DNA of 32,000 nucleotides from Xanthomonas campestris pv. campestris str. ATCC 33913 (GTDB taxonomy: Bacteria; Pseudomonadota; Gammaproteobacteria; Xanthomonadales; Xanthomonadaceae): assembly GCF_000007145.1 (NCBI RefSeq), contig NC_003902.1, positions 1,717,436 to 1,749,435 of the forward strand. Direction: 5' to 3'. The position numbers and the translations under genes are program-made. This document shows positions 16,815 to 25,132 of the stretch, piece by piece (the stretch's first letter is position 1; the number at the start of each line of letters is the position of its first letter). Under the pieces are notes generated by a model. The model did not search any database. It was not told the DNA's origin and saw nothing but the letters and a program-made list of their open reading frames with translations.

Positions 16815-17413
16815 GCGGCTTCCGGTGTTGAGAGATGGACCCTGTTGCGAGTGGCGTCGCACAGGCGGGTTTTCAAGCCGGCGAGCTGATCCGCGGCCAC
16901 TTGCACGCGCAATGCGGCGCCCTCGGTGTCGAATTGCTCGTCCAGCTTGTCGGCGTGGAAGGTCGATAGCGCGGCATGGACCACGCCCAGGTCGTCGAAC
17001 GGGCAGCGCAGGGCCAGCAGCGACATCGTCACCAGTGGCCGGCGCATGGCCAGCCGCAGGCATTCGGCGGCCGTACCGCCGTACGCGCGCACCAGGCCGC
17101 CGGCGCCGAGCTTGATGCCGCCATACCAGCGCGTCACCACCACCACGACGCGGTCGTAGCCCTGGCCATCGATCGCAGCTAGGATCGGCCGGCCAGCGGT
17201 GCCGCTGGGTTCGCCGTCGTCGCTGGAGCGGTATTCCTGCCCGTAGCGGTAGGCCCAGCAATTGTGCGTGGCATCCACGGCCGCAAAGCGCCGCACCTGC
17301 TCCAGTGCCTGCTCGGGCGATGCCAGCGCGCAGGCCTGTGCGACAAAGCGACTGTGCTTGATCTCCAGGCTGTGGTGCGCGTCGGCGGCAAGGGTGTCTG
17401 GCATCGCGTGCAT
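16811..17413 (-). CDS. IMPACT/YigZ-family protein (UPF0029)
   Basis: The 200-aa ORF contains LEIKHSRFVAQA, NCWAYRYG, SDDGEPSGTAGRPIL and VVVTRWYGGIKLGAGGLVRAYG. These match the YigZ/IMPACT N-terminal domain. An alternative start is the ATG at 17404. Confidence 0.8.
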   Translation of the reverse strand: MHAMPDTLAADAHHSLEIKHSRFVAQACALASPEQALEQVRRFAAVDATHNCWAYRYGQEYRSSDDGEPSGTAGRPILAAIDGQGYDRVVVVVTRWYGGIKLGAGGLVRAYGGTAAECLRLAMRRPLVTMSLLALRCPFDDLGVVHAALSTFHADKLDEQFDTEGAALRVQVAADQLAGLKTRLCDATRNRVHLSTPEAA

Positions 17414-17624
17414 TCTATGCGAGCTGGTCGCGCGCGGCCGGGCGTGCGTCTCTGTGCGAGCAGGTGGGGGCGTGGACAGGTTGCGGCGCGGATGTGCAGC
17501 GCGCTATCCGCATGGTCACTGACGAGCGTGTGGTGCTAGATCAGTACAGCATCTGCGTGGGGTTAGCGCCGTAATACAAGCGCGCTGCGCTGGTCCGCAG
17601 CGACTGTTGTTGCCGCCGTGACGA

Positions 17625-18218
17625 TCACACCAGGGTGGAGCGGCGCTTCTCGTCGATCCACTTCGATGCCTGTGCCGGCGTGTAGTGCTGCATCCACTCC
17701 AGCATCTGCTCGATGTCGGCGCCGTACCACAGGTCGCTGCGCTGATCCGGATGCAGGAAGCGTTCCTCGACCATGCGATCGATCATGCCGATCAGCGGCG
17801 CGTAGAAGCCTTCGATGTCCAGGAACGCGCACGGCTTGTTGCCGATGCCCAGCTGCCGCCAGGTCAGCATCTCGAAGATCTCCTCCATGGTGCCAAAGCC
17901 ACCGGGCAGGGCGACGAACGCATCCGACAGCTCGAACATGCGCATCTTGCGCTCATGCATGGAGCCAACGATTTCCAGCGTGGTCAGCCCGCGATGCGCC
18001 ACTTCCCAATCGGCCAGCTGCTGCGGAATCACGCCGGTCACTTCGCCACCTGCGGCCAGCACCGCGTTGGCCACCGTGCCCATCAGGCCGACATTGCCAC
18101 CGCCATACACCAGGCGCAGCCCCTGTTTGGCGATGCGGTCACCCAGGGCGATAGCGCGCTCGGCATAGGCAGGCTTGTTGCCGGCATTGGAACCACAGTA
18201 GACGCAGATGCTTTTCAT
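17625..18218 (-). CDS. LOG-family protein (TIGR00730; cytokinin riboside 5'-monophosphate phosphoribohydrolase-like / lysine-decarboxylase-like)
   Basis: ORF 17625-18311. The start is moved to the ATG at 18218 (MKSICVYCGSNAGN...). The motifs LVYGGGNVGLMG and PGGFGTMEE are LOG signatures. The upstream extension would only translate the repeat element. Confidence 0.85.
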   Translation of the reverse strand: MKSICVYCGSNAGNKPAYAERAIALGDRIAKQGLRLVYGGGNVGLMGTVANAVLAAGGEVTGVIPQQLADWEVAHRGLTTLEIVGSMHERKMRMFELSDAFVALPGGFGTMEEIFEMLTWRQLGIGNKPCAFLDIEGFYAPLIGMIDRMVEERFLHPDQRSDLWYGADIEQMLEWMQHYTPAQASKWIDEKRRSTLV

Positions 18219-18223
18219 GGGAT

Positions 18224-18370
18224 GAGAATCGGGAGTAGGGAATTGGGAATGGGTAAAAGCAGAAACAAAAGCCGGAACGCATGACGCCGGACCTAGGTCC
18301 GGCGTCAGCATGAAGAGCGAAGTGATGGGAACGCTCTTGCGATTCCCAATTCCCCACTCCCGATTCCCGG
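18224..18370. repeat. GGGAATN-heptamer inverted-repeat intergenic element, copy B (between lpdA and the LOG gene)
   Basis: The left arm is GAGAATCGGGAGTAGGGAATTGGGAATGGG (18224-18253). The right arm is GCGATTCCCAATTCCCCACTCCCGATTCCCGG (18339-18370). The arms are near-perfect reverse complements over about 30 bp. They enclose a 26-bp perfect palindrome. Confidence 0.65.
18282..18307 (-). terminator. 26-bp perfect palindrome; likely terminator hairpin downstream of lpdA
   Basis: The sequence TGACGCCGGACCTAGGTCCGGCGTCA is its own reverse complement. On the minus strand it is followed by TGCGTTCCGGCTTTTGTTTCTGCTTTT, which is T-rich after a short gap. It lies 65 nt downstream of the lpdA stop. 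Confidence 0.55.
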
Positions 18371-18371
18371 C

Positions 18372-19817
<1,446 letters not shown>

Positions 19818-19820
19818 TCA

Positions 19821-19951
19821 CGGGAATGGGGAGTAGGGAATGGGGAATCGCAACAGCGCACGCGCCTGTCGCGTCCCATCCAGGTCCAGGCGGGAATGGA
19901 GCGGTCGATGGGCGCTTGTCCCATTCCCGAATCTCCATTCCCGATTCCCGG
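19821..19951. repeat. GGGAATN-heptamer inverted-repeat intergenic element, copy C (between sucB and lpdA)
   Basis: The left arm is CGGGAATGGGGAGTAGGGAATGGGGAATCGC (19821-19851). The right arm is GTCCCATTCCCGAATCTCCATTCCCGATTCCCGG (19918-19951). It shares GGGAGTAGGGAAT and TCCCGATTCCCGG blocks with copy B. Confidence 0.6.
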
Positions 19952-19954
19952 CTC

Positions 19955-21169
19955 TTAGAGGCCAAACAGCATCCGGCCCGGGTTTTCCAGCTGATTCTTG
20001 ATGTCGACCAGGAACTGCACCGAATCCTTGCCGTCGATGATGCGGTGGTCGTAGGACAGCGCCAGGTACATCATCGGCGCGATCACGACCTGGCCGTTCT
20101 CGGCGATCGGACGTTCCTTGATCGCGTGCATGCCCAGGATGGCGCTCTGCGGCGGGTTGATGATCGGGGTCGACAACAGCGAGCCGAAGGTGCCGCCATT
20201 GGTGATGGTGAAGGTGCCACCCTGCAGGTCGTCCAGGCCCAGCTTGCCGGCGCGCGCCTTGGCGGCGTAGTCGGCGATGCCCTGTTCGACTTCGGCAAAT
20301 GACTGGCGCTCGACGTTACGCAGCACCGGCGTCACCAGGCCCTTCTCGGTGGAGACGGCGATCGAGATGTCGCTGTAGCCGTGATAGATGATGTCGTCGC
20401 CGTCGATCGAGGCGTTGACCAGTGGGAAGCGCTGCAGTGCGTTGGCCGCGGCCTTGACGAAGAAGCTCATGAAACCGAGCTTGATGCCGTGCGCCTTCTG
20501 GAATTCGTCCTGCAGTTCCTTGCGCGCGGCCGACACCTTGGCGAGGTTGACCTCGTTGAAGGTGGTCAGCATCGCGGTGGAGTTCTTGGACTCCATCAGG
20601 CGCTTGGCGATCGTCTTGCGCACGCGGGTCATCGCCACGCGCTCTTCAGGACGGGCGCCAGACGCCTTGCCCACGCCGCCGGCCTTGGCGAAGTTGACGA
20701 TATCTTCCTTGGTCACCGCGCCACGACGGCCGGTGCCGTCGACCTGCGACGGATCCACGCCCTGGGTGATGGCGGAAAAACGCGCACCCGGCGGCAGGCT
20801 GTCAGCAGACGACTTCGATGCAACCGGCGCGGCAGCGGCAGCGGCAGCCGGTGCCGGCGCAGCAGCAGGCGCAGCGGCGGCCGCCGTGGCATCGGCCTTC
20901 TTCTCTTCGGCCGGTGCAGCTGCGGCCACGGCGCCTTCTTCGATGATCGCCAGGATCTGGTTGCTGGTGACCGTGCTGCCGGCTTCGAACTTGATTTCCT
21001 TCAGTACGCCGTCGACCGGCGAAGGAACTTCCAACACGACCTTGTCGGTTTCCAGATCGACCAGATTCTCGTCGCGCTTGACCGCTTCACCGGCCTTCTT
21101 GTGCCAGCTGGCGATGGTGGCGTCGGAAACGGATTCGGGCAGTACCGGAACTTTGACTTCGGTGGCCAT
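19955..21169 (-). CDS. sucB: Dihydrolipoyllysine-residue succinyltransferase (E2 of 2-oxoglutarate dehydrogenase)
   Basis: The 404-aa ORF has an N-terminal lipoyl domain ([14 protein letters not shown]). An Ala/Pro linker and a peripheral subunit-binding domain follow. The catalytic domain ends with the SYDHRIIDG motif. Confidence 0.97.
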   Translation of the reverse strand: MATEVKVPVLPESVSDATIASWHKKAGEAVKRDENLVDLETDKVVLEVPSPVDGVLKEIKFEAGSTVTSNQILAIIEEGAVAAAAPAEEKKADATAAAAAPAAAPAPAAAAAAAPVASKSSADSLPPGARFSAITQGVDPSQVDGTGRRGAVTKEDIVNFAKAGGVGKASGARPEERVAMTRVRKTIAKRLMESKNSTAMLTTFNEVNLAKVSAARKELQDEFQKAHGIKLGFMSFFVKAAANALQRFPLVNASIDGDDIIYHGYSDISIAVSTEKGLVTPVLRNVERQSFAEVEQGIADYAAKARAGKLGLDDLQGGTFTITNGGTFGSLLSTPIINPPQSAILGMHAIKERPIAENGQVVIAPMMYLALSYDHRIIDGKDSVQFLVDIKNQLENPGRMLFGL

Positions 21170-21211
21170 TCGGGGAGCGTCCTAGGGTTTTCGTTCTTTG
21201 GGGAAGAGGAG

Positions 21212-24040
21212 TTATTCAGCGACTTGGTCGTTGAACGGATTGAGCAGCGCATCGGCGACCAGCTTCTGCTGTTCGGCGATGTGGTCGGCCATGTGGCCGG
21301 CAGCAGGCGAGGGCGAACGGGCACGGCCGGCGTAATGCAGGCTCTGACCGCTGGCCAGGCAGAAATTCAGGTGATGGCGAATCTGATACCACGCACCCTG
21401 GTTCTGCGGCTCTTCCTGACACCACACCACGTCGGCGGCATTGCCGAAGCGCTTGAGTTCTGCGGCCAGCTGCGCACGCGGGAACGGGTACAGCTGCTCC
21501 ACACGCAGGATGGCAACGTCGTCCTGGCCACGCTTGGTCTGGTCTTCGAGCAGGTCGTAATAGACCTTGCCCGAGCACAGCACCACGCGCTTAACCTTGC
21601 TCGCGTCGGCCTTGGCGTCGGGGATCAGATGCTGGAACTGCCCATCGGCCAGTTCTTCCAGCGTCGACACCGCCAGCTTGTGGCGCAGCAACGACTTCGG
21701 GGTCATCACCACCAGCGGCTTGCGGGTGGTCATGCGCATCTGGCGACGGATCATGTGGAAGCACTGCGCCGGGGTCGTCGGCACGCAGACCAGCATGTTC
21801 TCCAGCGCGCACAGCTGCAGGAAACGCTCAAGACGTGCGGAGCTGTGCTCCGGGCCCTGGCCTTCGTAGCCATGCGGCAGGAACAGCGACAGGCCCGCGA
21901 TGCGGCCCCACTTGGCCTCGCCGGCAGCGATGAACTGGTCGATCACCACCTGCGCGCCATTGGCGAAGTCGCCGAACTGCGCTTCCCAGACGCACAGCGC
22001 GTTCGGGTCGGTGGTGGAGTAGCCGTACTCGAAACCCATCACTGCTTCTTCGCTCAGCAGCGAATCGATGATGGTGGCGTCTTCCGGGTTTTCCACCAGC
22101 TGGCGCAGCGGCAGGTAATAGCTGTCGGTCTTCTGGTCATGCAGGATCGCGTGACGGTGGAAGAACGTACCGCGGCCCGCATCCTGGCCGACCAGGCGCA
22201 GCTTGTGGCCTTCGGCCAGCAAGGTGGCGTAGGCCAGATTCTCGGCAAAGCCCCAGTCACCGTCCTGATTGCCGGCGGCCATCTTGACGCGGTCTTCGTA
22301 GATCTTCGCCACGCGGGCGTGCAGTTCCACACCGGCCGGGATGGTGGTGATCAGCTTGGCCAGACGGTCCAGCTCATTCCGCTTGACGCGCGTATCGACC
22401 GGATCGGCCGCAGTGCCGACCAGATACTTGGACCAGTCGATGGCGAATTCGTCCGGCTTGCGCTTGGCCAATTCGGTGGTGTATTCGCCCGAATCCAGCT
22501 TGTTGCGGTAGCCATCCACCAGCGCCTTGGCCTCGTCGGCGCTCAGCACGCCATCGCTTTCCAGCTTGGTGGCGTAGAGCTCGCGGGTGGTCTTGTGCTT
22601 GCGGATGGTCTGGTACATCACCGGCTGGGTGGCGGCCGGCTCGTCGGCCTCGTTATGGCCCCAACGGCGGTAGCAGACCAGGTCGATGACCACGTCCTTC
22701 TTGAACTGCTGGCGGAACTCATAGGCCAGCTTGGACACGAACATCACCGCGTCCGGGTCGTCGCCGTTCACGTGGAAGACCGGCGCGCCGATCATCTTGG
22801 CCACGTCGGTGCAGTACAGGGTGGAGCGGGCATCGTCGCGTGCGCTGGTGGTGAAGCCGATCTGGTTGTTCACCACGATATGCACGGTGCCGCCGACCGC
22901 GAAACCGCGCGCCTGCGACATCTGGAACAGCTCCATCACCACGCCCTGGCCGGCGAATGCGGCGTCGCCATGGATCAGGATCGGCAGCACGGTCTTGCGA
23001 TCCGCATCACCGAAACGCTCCTGCCGCGACCGCACGCTGCCGACCACGACCGGGTCGACGATTTCCAGGTGCGAGGGGTTGAACGCCAGCGCCAGGTGGA
23101 CCTGCTTGTCGTCGCCGACCGCGATGTCCGCCGAGAAGCCCATGTGGTACTTGACGTCGCCGGTGTGCGCGCGGTCGTCGTGGGCGTGCTCGAACTTGCC
23201 CTCGAACTCGTCGAACAGCTTGCGCGGGTTCTTGCCCAGCGTATTGACCAGCACGTTGAGACGGCCGCGGTGGGCCATGCCGATCACGATGTCCTTGACC
23301 TGGTCATTGCCGGACTGGCGAATGATGGTGTCCATCATCGGGATCAGTGCGTCGCCGCCTTCCAGCGAGAAGCGCTTCTGGCCGACGTACTTGGTGTGCA
23401 GGTAGCGCTCCAGGCCTTCGGCGGCGGTGAGCCGCTCCAGCGTGCGCTTGCGGCTGGCCGCATCGGCAGCGATCTTGCCGCCGGCATCTTCCAGGCGCTT
23501 GTAGATCCACTGGCGCTGGTCGAATTCGGGAATATGCATGAATTCGGCGCCGATCGTGCTGGCGTAGGTCGCCTTCAGGCGCGCCAGCAGATCCTTCAGC
23601 TTCATCCGCGGCTGCCCGCCGACACCGCCGGTGCTGAACTCGCTGTCCAGATCAGCCTGCGAAAGGCTGTGGAACGGCAGGTCCAGGTCGGGCGGGTTGA
23701 CCGGCGGGGTCAGGCCCAGCGGATCGAGCTGCGCGCCGAGATGACCACGCGAACGGTAGGCGGTGATCAGACGACCGACATTGCGCTCGCGCTCGTCGCT
23801 GGCGCCCACGCCGGTACCGGCATTGGCAGCCTGTTTGGAGGCGCTGAGAATGTGGGCAATTGCCGCCGAGTGCGGCACATCACCGGCATCGCGACCGTTG
23901 AAGCCGTCGAAATACGCCTTCCACTTCGGATCGACACTGTCGGGGGCGACGAGGTACTGCTCGTACAGATCCTCGATATAGGCGGCATTGCCGCCGGCGA
24001 GCTGCGATGACTGCGCGAACTGCTTTAGGAGATTATCCAC
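21212..24040 (-). CDS. sucA: 2-oxoglutarate dehydrogenase E1 component
   Basis: ORF 21212-24184. The conserved SucA N-terminus (DNLLKQFAQSSQLAGGNAAYIEDLYEQYL) begins at the GTG at 24040. The rest of the upstream extension is non-conserved-looking and contains a terminator-like hairpin. Thiamine-diphosphate-dependent E1 motifs run throughout. Confidence 0.9.
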   Translation of the reverse strand: MDNLLKQFAQSSQLAGGNAAYIEDLYEQYLVAPDSVDPKWKAYFDGFNGRDAGDVPHSAAIAHILSASKQAANAGTGVGASDERERNVGRLITAYRSRGHLGAQLDPLGLTPPVNPPDLDLPFHSLSQADLDSEFSTGGVGGQPRMKLKDLLARLKATYASTIGAEFMHIPEFDQRQWIYKRLEDAGGKIAADAASRKRTLERLTAAEGLERYLHTKYVGQKRFSLEGGDALIPMMDTIIRQSGNDQVKDIVIGMAHRGRLNVLVNTLGKNPRKLFDEFEGKFEHAHDDRAHTGDVKYHMGFSADIAVGDDKQVHLALAFNPSHLEIVDPVVVGSVRSRQERFGDADRKTVLPILIHGDAAFAGQGVVMELFQMSQARGFAVGGTVHIVVNNQIGFTTSARDDARSTLYCTDVAKMIGAPVFHVNGDDPDAVMFVSKLAYEFRQQFKKDVVIDLVCYRRWGHNEADEPAATQPVMYQTIRKHKTTRELYATKLESDGVLSADEAKALVDGYRNKLDSGEYTTELAKRKPDEFAIDWSKYLVGTAADPVDTRVKRNELDRLAKLITTIPAGVELHARVAKIYEDRVKMAAGNQDGDWGFAENLAYATLLAEGHKLRLVGQDAGRGTFFHRHAILHDQKTDSYYLPLRQLVENPEDATIIDSLLSEEAVMGFEYGYSTTDPNALCVWEAQFGDFANGAQVVIDQFIAAGEAKWGRIAGLSLFLPHGYEGQGPEHSSARLERFLQLCALENMLVCVPTTPAQCFHMIRRQMRMTTRKPLVVMTPKSLLRHKLAVSTLEELADGQFQHLIPDAKADASKVKRVVLCSGKVYYDLLEDQTKRGQDDVAILRVEQLYPFPRAQLAAELKRFGNAADVVWCQEEPQNQGAWYQIRHHLNFCLASGQSLHYAGRARSPSPAAGHMADHIAEQQKLVADALLNPFNDQVAE

Positions 24041-24120
24041 GATGGTAAGTCGGGTCTGCTGTGGGGATGATTGTGCGGAAGCGGCAGGGCGAGTTGCCCT
24101 ATCGGTCGATCTCAAATCTC

Positions 24121-24153
24121 GAAAAATTATACCCCCTTGCGCTTGTGAGGGGG
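24121..24153 (-). terminator. Rho-independent terminator-like hairpin after the RoxA-like/GNAT operon
   Basis: The minus strand reads CCCCCT-CACAAGCGCA-AGGGGG followed by TATAATTTTTC. It lies about 70 nt downstream of the GNAT stop at 24221. The TATAAT could alternatively be a -10 box for sucA. Confidence 0.5.
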
Positions 24154-24220
24154 CGTCTGCGAGCTGACCGGCGGGGTAGACCAATTGGCCAGACGCCTAC
24201 GCGCAAGGGGCGCTGCGGCG

Positions 24221-25132
24221 TCAGATGCCAAGCGCGCGCGGCTCGTTCCAAAGTGCGCTGCGCTCCCATATCTGCGCGAATTCGCGCTCCAGCTGCCGGC
24301 TGCGTGCCGCGCCGGTCAGCCAGGTTTCGCCGTCGTCGAAGCGGTGCCCTGTTGGACGAAAGTAGTAGGCGTCGTCGCCGATCACGTAGGCCGATGCATA
24401 GCTGGTATCGACCGGATCGCTGATCGCACGGAACCGGAACACGCTGGGCAGGCGTTGCGCCAGCCGCAGCAGTGCGCTGCTGCTGGCGCCGGCCGCGGCG
24501 GGCTCCTGCACCAGCACGTGCACGCGCTTGTCGTGGCGAGCGGTGGCAAAGCGACGCAGCGCCTCGAGCACGGCCGGGGCATCGAACAACGCCACGTCCA
24601 GGGCGCGCGTGTAGATCAACACCTGCCGGCGCGCGGTGCCGAGCAGGGCGGTGGTGGCGGTGTGTGCCGCAGCCAGGGTTTCGACCGCCATGGGGCCGTC
24701 CAGGCGGCGATACAGCGCCTGGCCTGCTGGCACCTCCTCTGCGGTTGTCGAGAGCGCAGCGGGAGGCACAGGCAGGAAACCGAGCCGGCCGAACAGGGCG
24801 GCGGCGTCTGCGCTGACATGCGTGCTCACGGTGGGCCAGCCGCGCTGGCGGGCGCTGTCCACGGCGGCGGCAAGCAGGCGAGCGGCCAGACCGCGCCGGC
24901 GCCAGGCCGGCAGGACGCCCAGGCGGTCGATGCGCCGATCCGGGGTGAGCCGGACGGCGGCGACCAGCTCGCCATCCGCATCGCGTGCGGCCAGGTGCAG
25001 ACTGAGCGGGTCGAGGGCATTCCAGGAGTCCTCGGTAGCGCTGGCCGCCCAGCCCGCACGCAGCGCACGCAAGGTCCCGGCCTGCGTGGCCGGGTCCAGG
25101 GTGACGATCTGCGCCGGGCCGGCGGGAGTCAT
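24221..25132 (-). CDS. GNAT-family N-acetyltransferase domain protein with an uncharacterised C-terminal domain of about 165 aa
   Basis: The 303-aa ORF has the acetyl-CoA-binding motif A (RLGVLPAWRRRGLAARLL) in the N-terminal roughly 135 aa. I do not recognise a family for the C-terminal half. Its ATG overlaps the upstream stop (ATGA at 25132-25129). Confidence 0.75.
   Translation of the reverse strand: MTPAGPAQIVTLDPATQAGTLRALRAGWAASATEDSWNALDPLSLHLAARDADGELVAAVRLTPDRRIDRLGVLPAWRRRGLAARLLAAAVDSARQRGWPTVSTHVSADAAALFGRLGFLPVPPAALSTTAEEVPAGQALYRRLDGPMAVETLAAAHTATTALLGTARRQVLIYTRALDVALFDAPAVLEALRRFATARHDKRVHVLVQEPAAAGASSSALLRLAQRLPSVFRFRAISDPVDTSYASAYVIGDDAYYFRPTGHRFDDGETWLTGAARSRQLEREFAQIWERSALWNEPRALGI

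Noticed and set aside
16815-17261. N-terminal 149-aa extension of the 737-aa ABC ORF
   Set aside because: The extension is Arg/Pro-rich and overlaps the YigZ-like gene in another frame. The conserved exporter N-terminus begins at the ATG at 16814, which forms an ATGA junction with the upstream stop.
18219-18311. N-terminal extension of the LOG ORF to the ATG at 18311
   Set aside because: It would translate the intergenic repeat and palindrome. LOG proteins start close to the xxICVYCGS motif found right after the ATG at 18218.
20381-24010. 1209-aa + strand ORF, the longest in the track
   Set aside because: It is antisense to sucB and sucA, which are unambiguous. The product is Gly/Ala/Arg/Leu-rich low-complexity sequence with no motifs. 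This is a typical high-GC antisense shadow.
24126-24131. Perfect TATAAT (minus strand) as the -10 box of a sucA promoter
   Set aside because: No acceptable -35 lies at 16-18 bp. The hexamer directly follows a GC-rich hairpin and leads into a T run, so it is more simply read as part of a terminator U-tract. I kept it only as an alternative in the terminator feature.
24041-24184. Upstream extension of the sucA ORF to the ATG at 24184
   Set aside because: The conserved SucA N-terminus starts at the GTG at 24040. The extension is unconserved-looking and includes the terminator-like hairpin at 24121-24153.
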